Below, in pieces: positions 19,021 to 32,900 of a stretch of 64,000 bases of DNA (position 1 is the first letter of the stretch; each line of letters begins with the position of its first letter). The stretch comes from Eledone cirrhosa (lineage: Eukaryota). The stretch spans positions 332,382,001-332,446,000 of the forward strand of contig OZ024743.1 of assembly GCA_964016885.1 (NCBI GenBank), written 5' to 3'. The notes below the pieces were generated by a model. It was not told the DNA's origin. It worked only from the letters and a program-made list of their open reading frames with translations, and ran no database searches. Made by a program: the position numbers and the translations under genes.

Positions 19021-19335
19021 ATCCATAGTAAATATTCAAAGTGCCAGTCATGACACACACTGTGTTACTCTGAATCTTTCGTCACGTGTGTGTGGAATGT
19101 TCAGGCTGTTCCAATATAACAGAAACACTTGTTGTTATAACTGGCGGAAGGCCAACACCAGCCAGCCCCTATATCTAGAGGCCAGTCTTTGATCTGGCCC
19201 CTGTGGACTCCTAGATAGGAGTTCTCTCCTCTCATCCTGAGGTCTTTGTATGCAAAAAGCCCCATGTATACATATATACATTCACTAACATCGTAAATAA
19301 CAATATAAGTAATACACCAGAACATATCTCCTTTG

Positions 19336-19715
19336 TGTACCCAACAGATGTACCCAATAGATGTATTCAAGAGATGTACCTAACAGATGTGCCAACAGAT
19401 GTACCCAATAAATGTACCCAACAGATGTACCTAATAGATGTACCAACAGATGTTCTTAGGAGATGTACCCAACATATGTACCCAACAGATGTATCCAACA
19501 GATGTACTCGGGATATGTACCCAATATCTATACCCAATAGATGTGCCCAACAAATGTACCTAATAGATGTAGTCAGAAGATGCATCCAACAGATGTACCG
19601 AGCGACATATGTACTCGGGATACGTACCCAACAGATATACCCAACAGATGTACCTAATACATGTACCCAACAGATGTACCTAATAGATGTACCCTGCGGC
19701 AGATGTATCCAACAG
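19336..19715. repeat. 13-bp minisatellite (tgtacccaacaga)
   Basis: About 29 degenerate copies. Confidence 0.92.
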
Positions 19716-19749
19716 TACAAACACTATTATTAAATAGTGATTCCAATTT

Positions 19750-19815
19750 CTACTACTACTGCTGCTACTACTACTACTACTTCTGCTACTACTACTACTA
19801 CGACCACCACTACTA

Positions 19816-19849
<34 letters not shown>

Positions 19850-19863
19850 ACACACACACACAC
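19750..19863. repeat. (CTA)n + (CA)n microsatellite
   Basis: Direct reading. Confidence 0.95.
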
Positions 19864-19910
19864 ATGTACACGTACATACATATAAACATGTGGGTGCTTT
19901 GTTATTTTTA

Positions 19911-19964
19911 AAAGTACCAGTAATGCACTGGGTAATTGCTGGCCTTGTGCCTAAAGTAGAAACA
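19911..19964 (+). mobile_element. 5'-truncated SINE (54 bp) with 10-bp TSD
   Basis: Exact reverse complement of 15301-15354; TSD gttattttta at 19901-19910 and 19965-19974. Confidence 0.88.
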
Positions 19965-20029
19965 GTTATTTTTAGCGGCAGCTAAAATAGAAATAGTGAT
20001 GAGGGAGAGGGAGAGGGTAGACGGGTAGT

Positions 20030-20490
20030 AGGCTGATTGATGGGTGGGTGATAGGTTGGTTAGGTGGATGATAGGTTTGTTGGATGGTTGGGTGGTTAGA
20101 TGGATGGCTGGTTGGTTGGATGGCTAGGTGGATGGTCGGTTGGTTGGATGGGTGGATGATCAGATGGTTGGGTGGATAGTAGGCTGGTTGGATGGTAGGT
20201 TGATTAGGTGGTTGGTTGGATGGTGGGTTGGATGGGTGGTTGGATGGTTGGTACGCAGGATGGATGGGTGGCTGGTCGGTTGGTAGGTTGGATGGATGGA
20301 GAAATGGATGGAAGTATGGATAGCTAGGTAGATGGAGGGGTGGATAGAGAGATAAACAGATGGATGGATATATGGATGGATGGTTGGGTAGATCAATCAA
20401 TGGATGGGTAGATGGGTGGAAGGAGGGGTGGTTTGATAGACGGTTGGGTGGGTGGTTACATGAGTGTTTGGGTAGATCGATGGGTGGATG
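20030..20490. repeat. Degenerate (GGAT/GGTT/GGGT)n tetranucleotide tract
   Basis: Direct reading. Confidence 0.9.
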
Positions 20491-20920
20491 GGGAGTTACA
20501 TAAAATTGGGGAGGTTTTTTATTAGTTTAGCTTGTGAACCATGATCTTCACAATACCACGTCCCCCACAACCCCACCCCTAGATCGATTAGATCAATAAG
20601 ATCAAAGCAGTTAAGATTCCTCTCTTGAACAGTTGGCTGTCAATAGCTGCAGCAGAAAATATCCAGGAGGAGATTCCGGGGGGAGGGGGGGTCGACATTA
20701 TGAGAAGGAAAAACTGTATATAAGGGTTAGTAGTGGGGGACTGAAAAGGTGGTAAATATATAGAGTAGAGGTGGTATGAAATCAAGCAACCCACCCTGAA
20801 GAGAAGAGGTCATTATGACAAGAATACAAAGGTCAAAGTTAGGAAACAGGACATTTGTTGACCAAAATTTAAAGAGTGGTCAGTGACTTTATAATAATCA
20901 GCCAAGTAGACTTTCTTTGG

Positions 20921-23900
20921 ATGTGGGTCTAACATAACTGTGTTGTGTGTAACAACAACACTGTCCCAGATGTGGGAGCAGTACTGTAATGTGGTCTAAC
21001 ATAACAGTGTCGTGTGTAACAACAACACTGTCCCAGATGTGGGAGCAGTACTGTAATGTGGTCTAACATAACAGTGTTGTGTGTAACAGCAACACTGTCC
21101 CAGATGTGGGAGCAGTACTGTAATGTGGTCTAACATATCTGTGTCGTGTGTAACAGCAACACTGTCCCAGATGTGGGAGCAGTACTGTAATATGGTCTAA
21201 CATATCTGTGTTGTGTCTAACAGCAGCACTGTCCCAGATGTGGGAGCAGTACTGTAATGTGGTCTAACATATCTGTGTTGTGTCTAACAGCAGCACTGTC
21301 CCAGATGTGCGAGCAGTACTGTAATGTGGTCTAACATATCTGTGTTGTGTCTAACAGCAACACTGTCCCAGATGTGGGAGCAGTACTGTAATGTGGTCTA
21401 ACATATCTGTGTTGTGTCTAACAGCAACACTGTCCCAGATGTGCGAGCAGTACTGTAATGTGGTCTAACATATCTGTGCTGTGTCTAACAGCAGCACTGT
21501 CCCAGATGTGGGAGCAGTACTGTAATGTGGTCTAACATATCTGTGTTGTGTCTAACAGCAACGCTGTCCCAGATGTGGGAGCAGTACTGTAATGTGGTCT
21601 AACATAACAGTGTCGTGTGTAACAGCAACACTGTCCCAGATGTGGGAGCAGTACTGTAATGTGGTCTAACATAACTGTGTTGTGTCTAACAGCAACACTG
21701 TCCCAGATGTGGGAGCAGTACTGTAATGTGGTCTAACATATCTGTGTTGTGTCTAACAGCAGCACTGTCCCAGATGTGGGAGCAGTACTGTAATGTGGTC
21801 TAACATAACAGTGCCGTGTGTAACAACAACACTGTCCCAGATGTGGGAGCAGTACTGTAATGTGGTCTAACATAACAGTGTTGTGTCTAACAGCAACACT
21901 GTCCCAGATGTGGGAGCAGTACTGTAATGTGGTCTAACATAACAGTGTCGTGTGTAACAGCAACACTGTCCCAGATGTGGGAGCAGTACTGTAATGTGGT
22001 CTAACATATCTGTGTTGTGTCTAACAGCAGCACTGTCCCAGATGTGGGAGCAGTACTGTAATGTGGTCTAACATAACAGTGTTGTGTCTAACAGCAACAC
22101 TGTCCCAGATGTGGGAGCAGTACTGTAATGTGGTCTAACATAACAGTGTCGTGTGTAACAGCAACACTGTCCCAGATGTGGGAGCAGTACTGTAATGTGG
22201 TCTAACATAACTGTGTTGTGTCTAACAACAACACTGTCCCAGATGTGGGAGCAGTACTGTAATGTGGTCTAACATAACAGTGTCGTGTGTAACAGCAACA
22301 CTGTCCCAGATGTGGGAGCAGTACTGTAATGTGGTCTAACATAACAGTGTTGTGTCTAACAGCAACACTGTCCCAGATGTGGGAGCAGTACTGTAATGTG
22401 GTCTAACATAACAGTGTCGTGTGTAACAGCAACACTGTCCCAGATGTGGGAGCAGTACTGTAATGTGGTCTAACATAACAGTGTTGTGTCTAACAGCAAC
22501 ACTGTCCCAGATGTGGGAGCAGTACTGTAATGTGGTCTAACATAACAGTGTTGTGTCTAACAGCAACACTGTCCCAGATGTGGGAGCAGTACTGTAATGT
22601 GGTCTAACATAACAGTGTCGTGTGTAACAGCAACACTGTCCCAGATGTGGGAGCAGTACTGTAATGTGGTCTAACATAACAGTGTCGTGTGTAACAGCAA
22701 CACTGTCCCAGATGTGGGAGCAGTACTGTAATGTGGTCTAACATATCTGTGTTGTGTCTAACAGCAGCACTGTCCCAGATGTGGGAGCAGTACTGTAATG
22801 TGGTCTAACATAACAGTGTTGTGTCTAACAGCAACACTGTCCCAGATGTGGGAGCAGTACTGTAATGTGGTCTAACATAACAGTGTCGTGTGTAACAGCA
22901 ACACTGTCCCAGATGTGGGAGCAGTACTGTAATGTGGTCTAACATATCTGTGTTGTGTCTAACAGCAGCACTGTCGCAGATGTGGGAGCAGTACTGTAAT
23001 GTGGTCTAACATATCTGTGTTGTGTCTAACAGCAATGCTGTCCCAGATGTGGGAGCAGTACTGTAATGTGGTCTAACATAACTGTGTTGTGTCTAACAGC
23101 AGCACTGTCCCAGTTGTGGGAGCAGTACTGTAATGTGGTCTAACATAACTGTGTTGTGTCTAACAGCAACACTGTCCCAGATGTGGGAGCAGTACTGTAA
23201 TGTGGTCTAACATAACAGTGTCGTGTGTAACAGCAACACCGCCCGAGATGTGGGAGCAGTACTGTAATGTGGTCTAACATAACAGTGTTGTGTCTAACAG
23301 CAACACTGTCCCAGATGTGGGAGCAGTACTGTAATGTGGTCTAACATAACAGTGTTGTGTCTAACAGCAACACTGTCCCAGATGTGGGAGCAGTACTGTA
23401 ATGTGGTCTAACATAACAGTGTCGTGTGTAACAGCAACACTGTCCCAGATGTGGGAGCAGTACTGTAATGTGGTCTAACATAACAGTGTTGTGTCTAACA
23501 GCAACACTGTCCCAGATGTGGGAGCAGTACTGTAATGTGGTCTAACATAACAGTGTCGTGTGTAACAGCAACACTGTCCCAGATGTGGGAGCAGTACTGT
23601 AATGTGGTCTAACATAACAGTGTCGTGTGTAACAGCAACACTGTCCCAGATGTGGGAGCAGTACTGTAATGTGGTCTAACATATCTGTGTTGTGTCTAAC
23701 AGCAGCACTGTCCCAGATGTGGGAGCAGTACTGTAATGTGGTCTAACATAACAGTGTTGTGTCTAACAGCAACACTGTCCCAGATGTGGGAGCAGTACTG
23801 TAATGTGGTCTAACATAACAGTGTCGTGTGTAACAGCAACACTGTCCCAGATGTGGGAGCAGTACTGTAATGTGGTCTAACATATCTGTGTTGTGTCTAA

Positions 23901-26900
23901 CAGCAGCACTGTCGCAGATGTGGGAGCAGTACTGTAATGTGGTCTAACATATCTGTGTTGTGTCTAACAGCAATGCTGTCCCAGATGTGGGAGCAGTACT
24001 GTAATGTGGTCTAACATAACTGTGTTGTGTCTAACAGCAGCACTGTCCCAGTTGTGGGAGCAGTACTGTAATGTGGTCTAACATAACTGTGTTGTGTCTA
24101 ACAGCAACACTGTCCCAGATGTGGGAGCAGTACTGTAATGTGGTCTAACATAACAGTGTCGTGTTTAACAGCAACACTGTCCCAGATGTGGGAGCAGTAC
24201 TGTAATGTGGTCTAACATATCTGTGTTGTATCTAACAGCAGCACTGTCCCAGTTGTGGGAGCAGTACTGTAATGTGGTCTAACATAACAGTGTCGTGTGT
24301 AACAGCAACACTGTCCCAGATGTGGGAGCAGTACTGTAATGTGGTCTAACATATCTGTGTCGTGTGTAACAGCAACACTGTCCCAGATGTGGGAGCAGTA
24401 CTGTAATGTGGTCTAACATAACAGTGTTGTGTCTAACAGCAGCACTGTCCCAGATGTGGGAGCTGTACTGTAATGTGGTCTAACATATCTGTGTTGTGTC
24501 TAACAGCAACACTGTCCCAGATGTGGGAGCAGTACTGTAATGTGGTCTAACATATCTGTGTTGTGTCTAACAGCAGCACTGTCCCAGATGTGGGAGCAGT
24601 ACTGTAATGTGGTCTAACATATCTGTGTTGTGTCTAACAGCAACGCTGTCCCAGATGTGGGAGCAGTACTGTCATGTGGTCTAACATAACAGTGTCGTGT
24701 GTAACAGCAACACTGTCCCAGATGTGGGAGCAGTACTGTAATGCGGTCTAACATAACTGTGTTGTGTCTAATAACAACACTGTCCCAGATGTGGGAGCAG
24801 TACTGTAATGTGGTCTAACATAACAGTGTTGTGTCTAACAGCAACACTGTCCCAGATGTGGGAGCAGTACTGTAATGTGGTCTAACATATCTGTGTTGTG
24901 TTTAACAGCAACGCTGTCCCAGATGTGGGAGCAGTACTGTAATGTGGTCTAACATAACAGTGTTGTGTCTAACAGCAACACTGTCCCAGATGTGGGAGCA
25001 GTACTGTAATGTGGTCTAACATATCTGTGTTGTGTCTAACAGCAACACTGTCCCAGATGTGGGAGCAGTACTGTAATGAGGTCTAACATAACAGTGTTGT
25101 GTCTAACAGCAACACTGTCCCAGATGTGGGAGCAGTACTGTAATGTGGTCTAACATATCTGTGTTGTGTCTAACAGCAACACTGTCCCAGATGTGCGAGC
25201 AGTACTGTAATGTGGTCTAACATATCTGTGTTGTATCTAACAGCAGCACTGTCCCAGATGTGGGAGCAGTACTGTAATGTGGTCTAACATATCTGTGTTG
25301 TGTCTAACAGCAACACTGTCCCAGATGTGCGAGCAGTACTGTAATGTGGTCTATCATAACAGTGTCGTGTGTAACAGCAACACTGTCCCAGATGTGGGAG
25401 CAGTACTGTAATGTGGTCTAACATAACGGTGTTGTGTCTAACAGCAACACTGTCCCAGATGTGGGAGCAGTACTGTTATGTGGTCTAACATATCTGTGTT
25501 GTATCTAACAGCAGCACTGTCCCAGTTGTGGGAGCAGTACTGTAATGTGGTCTAACATAACAGTGTCGTGTGTAACAGCAACACTGTCCCAGATGTGGGA
25601 GCAGTACTGTAATGTGGTCTAACATATCTGTGTCGTGTGTAACAGCAACACTGTCCCAGATGTGGGAGCAGTACTGTAATGTGGTCTAACATAACAGTGT
25701 TGTGTCTAACAGCAGCACTGTCCCAGATGTGGGAGCTGTACTGTAATGTGGTCTAACATATCTGTGTTGTGTCTAACAGCAACACTGTCCCAGATGTGGG
25801 AGCAGTACTGTAATGTGGTCTAACATATCTGTGTTGTGTCTAACAGCAGCACTGTCCCAGATGTGGGAGCAGTACTGTAATGTGGTCTAACATATCTGTG
25901 TTGTGTCTAACAGCAACGCTGTCCCAGATGTGGGAGCAGTACTGTAATGTGGTCTAACATAACAGTTTCTTGTGTAACAGCAACACTGTCCCAGATGTGG
26001 GAGCAGTACTGTCATGTGGTCTAACATAACAGTGTCGTGTGTAACAGCAACACTGTCCCAGATGTGGGAGCAGTACTGTAATGCGGTCTAACATAACTGT
26101 GTTGTGTCTAATAACAACACTGTCCCAGATGTGGGAGCAGTACTGTAATGTGGTCTAACATATCTGTGTTGTGTTTAACAGCAACGCTGTCCCAGATGTG
26201 GGAGCAGTACTGTAATGTGGTCTAACATAACAGTGTTGTGTCTAACAGCAACACTGTCCCAGATGTGGGAGCAGTACTGTAATGTGGTCTAACATATCTG
26301 TGTTGTGTCTAACAGCAACACTGTCCCAGATGTGGGAGCAGTACTGTAATGAGGTCTAACATAACAGTGTTGTGTCTAACAGCAACACTGTCCCAGATGT
26401 GGGAGCAGTACTGTAATGTGGTCTAACATATCTGTGTTGTGTCTAACAGCAACACTGTCCCAGATGTGCGAGCAGTACTGTAATGTGGTCTAACATATCT
26501 GTGTTGTATCTAACAGCAGCACTGTCCCAGATGTGGGAGCAGTACTGTAATGTGGTCTAACATATCTGTGTTGTGTCTAACAGCAACACTGTCCCAGATG
26601 TGCGAGCAGTACTGTAATGTGGTCTAACATAACAGTGTCGTGTGTAACAGCAACACTGTCCCAGATGTGGGAGCAGTACTGTAATGTGGTCTAACATAAC
26701 GGTGTTGTGTCTAACAGCAACACTGTCCCAGATGTGGGAGCAGTACTGTTATGTGGTCTAACATATCTGTGTTGTGTCTAACAGCAGCACTGTCCCAGAT
26801 GTGGGAGCAGTACTGTAATGTGGTCTAACATAACAGTGTCGTGTGTAACAGCAGCACTGTCCCAGATGAGGGAGCAGTACTGTAATGTGGTCTAACATAA

Positions 26901-29900
26901 CAGTGTTGTGTCTAACAGCAACACTGTCCCAGATGTGGGAGCAGTACTGTAATGTGGTCTAACATAACAGTGTCGTGTGTAACAGCAACACTGTCCCAGA
27001 TGTGGGAGCAGTACTGTAATGTGGTCTAACATATCTGTGTTGTGTCTAACAGCAGCACTGTCCCAGATGTGGGAGCAGTACTGTAATGTGGTCTAACATA
27101 TCTGTATTGTGTCTAACAGCAATGCTGTCCCAGATGTGGGAGCAGTACTGTAATGTGGTCTAACATAACTGTGTTGTGTCTAACAGCAGCACTGTCCCAG
27201 TTGTGGGAGCAGTACTGTAATGTGGTCTAACATAACTGTGTTGTGTCTAACAGCAACACTGTCCCAGATGTGGAAGCAATACTGTAATGTGGTCTAACAT
27301 AACTGTGTTGTGTCTAACAGCAACACTGTCCCAGATGTGGGAGCAGTACTGTAATGTGGTCTAACGTAACAGTGTTGTGTCTAACAGCAACACTGTCCCA
27401 GATGTGGGAGCAGTACTGTAATGTGGTCTAACATAACAGTGTCGTGTGTAACAGCAACACTGTCCCAGATGTGGGAGCAGTACTGTAATGTGGTCTAACA
27501 TAACAGTGTCGTGTGTAACAACAACACTGTCCCAGATGTGGGAGCAGTACTGTAATGTGGTCTAACATATCTGTGTTGTGTCTAACAGCAGCACTGTCCC
27601 AGTTGTGGGAGCAGTACTGTAATGTGGTCTAACATATCTGTGTCGTGTGTAACAGCAACACTGTCCCAGATGTGGGAGCAGTACTGTAATGTGGTCTAAG
27701 ATATCTGTGTCGTGTGTAACAGCAACACTGTCCCAGATGTGGGAGCAGTACTGTAATGTGGTCTAACATAACAGTGTCGTGTGTAACAGCAACACTGTCC
27801 CAGATGTGGGAGCAGTACTGTAATGTGGTCTAACATAACAGTGTTGTGTCTAACAGCAACACTGTCCCAGATGTGCGAGCAGTACTGTAATATGGTCTAA
27901 CATAACAGTGTCGTGTGTAACAGCAACACTGCCCCAGATGTGGGAGCAGTACTGTAATGTGGTCTAACATATCTGTGTTGTGTCTAACAGCAACACTGTC
28001 CCAGATGTGGGAGCAGTACTGTAATGTGGTCTAAAATAACAGTGTCGTGTGTAACAGCAACACTGTCCCAGATGTGGGAGCAGTACTGTAATGTGGTCTA
28101 ACATAACAGTGTTGTGTCTAACAGCAACACTGTCCCAGATGTGGGAGCAGTACTGTAATGTGGTCTAACATAACAGTGTCGTGTGTAACAGCAGCACTGT
28201 CCCAGATGTGGGAGCAGTACTGTAATGTGGTCTAACATATCTGTATTGTGTCTAACAGCAATGCTGTCCCAGATGTGGGAGCAGTACTGTAATGTGGTCT
28301 AACATAACAGTGTCGTGTGTAACAGCAACACTGTCCCAGATGTGGGAGCAGTACTGTAATGTGGTCTAACATATCTGTGTTGTGTCTAACAGCAGCACTG
28401 TCCCAGATGTGGGAGCAGTACTGTAATGTGGTCTAACATAACAGTGTTGTGTCTAACAGCAACACTGTCCCAGATGTGGGAGCAGTACTGTAATGTGGTC
28501 TAACATAACAGTGTCGTGTGTAACAGCAACACTGTCCCAGATGTGGGAGCAGTACTGTAATGTGGTCTAACATATCTGTGTTGTGTCTAACAGCAGCACT
28601 GTCGCAGATGTGGGAGCAGTACTGTAATGTGGTCTAACATATTTGTGTTGTGTCTAACAGCAATGCTGTCCCAGATGTGGGAGCAGTACTGTAATGTGGT
28701 CTAACATAACTGTGTTGTGTCTAACAGCAGCACTGTCCCAGTTGTGGGAGCAGTACTGTAATGTGGTCTAACATAACTGTGTTGTGTCTAACAGCAACAC
28801 TGTCCCAGATGTGGGAGCAGTACTGTAATGTGGTCTAACATAACAGTGTCGTGTGTAACAGCAACACCGCCCCAGATGTGGGAGCAGTACTGTAATGTTG
28901 TCTAACATATCTGTGTTGTATCTAACAGCAGCACTGTCCCAGTTGTGGGAGCAGTACTGTAATGTGGTCTAACATAACAGTGTCGTGTGTAACAGCAACA
29001 CTGTCCCAGATGTGGGAGCAGTACTGTAATGTGGTCTAACATAACAGTGTTGTGTCTAACAGCAGCACTGTCCCAGATGTGGGAGCTGTACTGTAATGTG
29101 GTCTAACATATCTGTGTTGTGTCTAACAGCAACACTGTCCCAGATGTGGGAGCAGTACTGTAATGTGGTCTAACATATCTGTGTTGTGTCTAACAGCAGC
29201 ACTGTCCCAGATGTGGGAGCAGTACTGTAATGTGGTCTAACATATCTGTGTTGTGTCTAACAGCAACGCTGTCCCAGATGTGGGAGCAGTACTGTAATGT
29301 GGTCTAACATAACAGTTTCTTGTGTAACAGCAACACTGTCCCAGATGTGGGAGCAGTACTGTCATGTGGTCTAACATAACAGTGTCGTGTGTAACAGCAA
29401 CACTGTCCCAGATGTGGGAGCAGTACTGTAATGCGGTCTAACATAACTGTGTTGTGTCTAATAACAACACTGTCCCAGATGTGGGAGCAGTACTGTAATG
29501 TGGTCTAACATAACAGTGTTGTGTCTAACAGCAACACTGTCCCAGATGTGGGAGCAGTACTGTAATGTGGTCTAACATATCTGTGTTGTGTTTAACAGCA
29601 ACGCTGTCCCAGATGTGGGAGCAGTACTGTAATGTGGTCTAACATAACAGTGTTGTGTCTAACAGCAACACTGTCCCAGATGTGGGAGCAGTACTGTAAT
29701 GTGGTCTAACATATCTGTGTTGTGTCTAACAGCAACACTGTCCCAGATGTGGGAGCAGTACTGTAATGAGGTCTAACATAACAGTGTTGTGTCTAACAGC
29801 AACACTGTCCCAGATGTGGGAGCAGTACTGTAATGTGGTCTAACATATCTGTGTTGTGTCTAACAGCAACACTGTCCCAGATGTGCGAGCAGTACTGTAA

Positions 29901-32900
29901 TGTGGTCTAACATATCTGTGTTGTATCTAACAGCAGCACTGTCCCAGATGTGGGAGCAGTACTGTAATGTGGTCTAACATATCTGTGTTGTGTCTAACAG
30001 CAACACTGTCCCAGATGTGCGAGCAGTACTGTAATGTGGTCTAACATAACAGTGTCGTGTGTAACAGCAAGACTGTCCCAGATGTGGGAGCAGTACTGTA
30101 ATGTGGTCTAACATAACGGTGTTGTGTCTAACAGCAACACTGTCCCAGATGTGGGAGCAGTACTGTTATGTGGTCTAACATATCTGTGTTGTGTCTAACA
30201 GCAGCACTGTCCCAGATGTGGGAGCAGTACTGTAATGTGGTCTAACATAACAGTGTCGTGTGTAACAGCAGCACTGTCCCAGATGAGGGAGCAGTACTGT
30301 AATGTGGTCTAACATAACAGTGTTGTGTCTAACAGCAACACTGTCCCAGATGTGGGAGCAGTACTGTAATGTGGTCTAACATAACAGTGTCGTGTGTAAC
30401 AGCAACACTGTCCCAGATGTGGGAGCAGTACTGTAATGTGGTCTAACATATCTGTGTTGTGTCTAACAGCAGCACTGTCCCAGATGTGGGAGCAGTACTG
30501 TAATGTGGTCTAACATAACAGTTTCTTGTGTAACAGCAACACTGTCCCAGATGTGGGAGCAGTACTGTCATGTGGTCTAACATAACAGTGTCGTGTGTAA
30601 CAGCAACACTGTCCCAGATGTGGGAGCAGTACTGTAATGCGGTCTAACATAACTGTGTTGTGTCTAATAACAACACTGTCCCAGATGTGGGAGCAGTACT
30701 GTAATGTGGTCTAAAATAACAGTGTTGTGTCTAACAGCAACACTGTCCCAGATGTGGGAGCAGTACTGTAATGTGGCCTAACATATCTGTGTTGTGTTTA
30801 ACAGCAACGCTGTCCCAGATGTGGGAGCAGTACTGTAATGTGGTCTAACATAACAGTGTTGTGTCTAACAGCAACACTGTCCCAGATGTGGGAGCAGTAC
30901 TGTAATGTGGTCTAACATATCTGTGTTGTGTCTAACAGCAACACTGTCCCAGATGTGGGAGCAGTACTGTAATGAGGTCTAACATAACAGTGTTGTGTCT
31001 AACAGCAACACTGTCCCAGATGTGGGAGCAGTACTGTAATGTGGTCTAACATATCTGTGTTGTGTCTAACAGCAGCACTGTCGCAGATGTGGGAGCAGTA
31101 CTGTAATGTGGTCTAACATATCTGTGTTGTGTCTAACAGCAATGCTGTCCCAGATGTGGGAGCAGTACTGTAATGTGGTCTAACATAACTGTGTTGTGTC
31201 TAACAGCAGCACTGTCCCAGTTGTGGGAGCAGTACTGTAATGTGGTCTAACATAACTGTGTTGTGTCTAACAGCAACACTGTCCCAGATGTGGGAGCAGT
31301 ACTGTAATGTGGTCTAACATAACAGTGTCGTGTGTAACAGCAACACCGCCCCAGATGTGGGAGCAGTACTGTAATGTTGTCTAACATATCTGTGTTGTAT
31401 CTAACAGCAGCACTGTCCCAGTTGTGGGAGCAGTACTGTAATGTGGTCTAACATAACAGTGTCGTGTGTAACAGCAACACTGTCCCAGATGTGGGAGCAG
31501 TACTGTAATGTGGTCTAACATAACAGTGTTGTGTCTAACAGCAGCACTGTCCCAGATGTGGGAGCTGTACTGTAATGTGGTCTAACATATCTGTGTTGTG
31601 TCTAACAGCAACACTGTCCCAGATGTGGGAGCAGTACTGTAATGTGGTCTAACATATCTGTGTTGTGTCTAACAGCAGCACTGTCCCAGATGTGGGAGCA
31701 GTACTGTAATGTGGTCTAACATATCTGTGTTGTGTCTAACAGCAACGCTGTCCCAGATGTGGGAGCAGTACTGTAATGTGGTCTAACATAACAGTTTCTT
31801 GTGTAACAGCAACACTGTCCCAGATGTGGGAGCAGTACTGTCATGTGGTCTAACATAACAGTGTCGTGTGTAACAGCAACACTGTCCCAGATGTGGGAGC
31901 AGTACTGTAATGCGGTCTAACATAACTGTGTTGTGTCTAATAACAACACTGTCCCAGATGTGGGAGCAGTACTGTAATGTGGTCTAACATAACAGTGTTG
32001 TGTCTAACAGCAACACTGTCCCAGATGTGGGAGCAGTACTGTAATGTGGTCTAACATATCTGTGTTGTGTTTAACAGCAACGCTGTCCCAGATGTGGGAG
32101 CAGTACTGTAATGTGGTCTAACATAACAGTGTTGTGTCTAACAGCAACACTGTCCCAGATGTGGGAGCAGTACTGTAATGTGGTCTAACATATCTGTGTT
32201 GTGTCTAACAGCAACACTGTCCCAGATGTGGGAGCAGTACTGTAATGAGGTCTAACATAACAGTGTTGTGTCTAACAGCAACACTGTCCCAGATGTGGGA
32301 GCAGTACTGTAATGTGGTCTAACATATCTGTGTTGTGTCTAACAGCAACACTGTCCCAGATGTGCGAGCAGTACTGTAATGTGGTCTAACATATCTGTGT
32401 TGTATCTAACAGCAGCACTGTCCCAGATGTGGGAGCAGTACTGTAATGTGGTCTAACATATCTGTGTTGTGTCTAACAGCAACACTGTCCCAGATGTGCG
32501 AGCAGTACTGTAATGTGGTCTAACATAACAGTGTCGTGTGTAACAGCAAGACTGTCCCAGATGTGGGAGCAGTACTGTAATGTGGTCTAACATAACGGTG
32601 TTGTGTCTAACAGCAACACTGTCCCAGATGTGGGAGCAGTACTGTTATGTGGTCTAACATATCTGTGTTGTGTCTAACAGCAGCACTGTCCCAGATGTGG
32701 GAGCAGTACTGTAATGTGGTCTAACATAACAGTGTCGTGTGTAACAGCAGCACTGTCCCAGATGAGGGAGCAGTACTGTAATGTGGTCTAACATAACAGT
32801 GTTGTGTCTAACAGCAACACTGTCCCAGATGTGGGAGCAGTACTGTAATGTGGTCTAACATAACAGTGTCGTGTGTAACAGCAACACTGTCCCAGATGTG

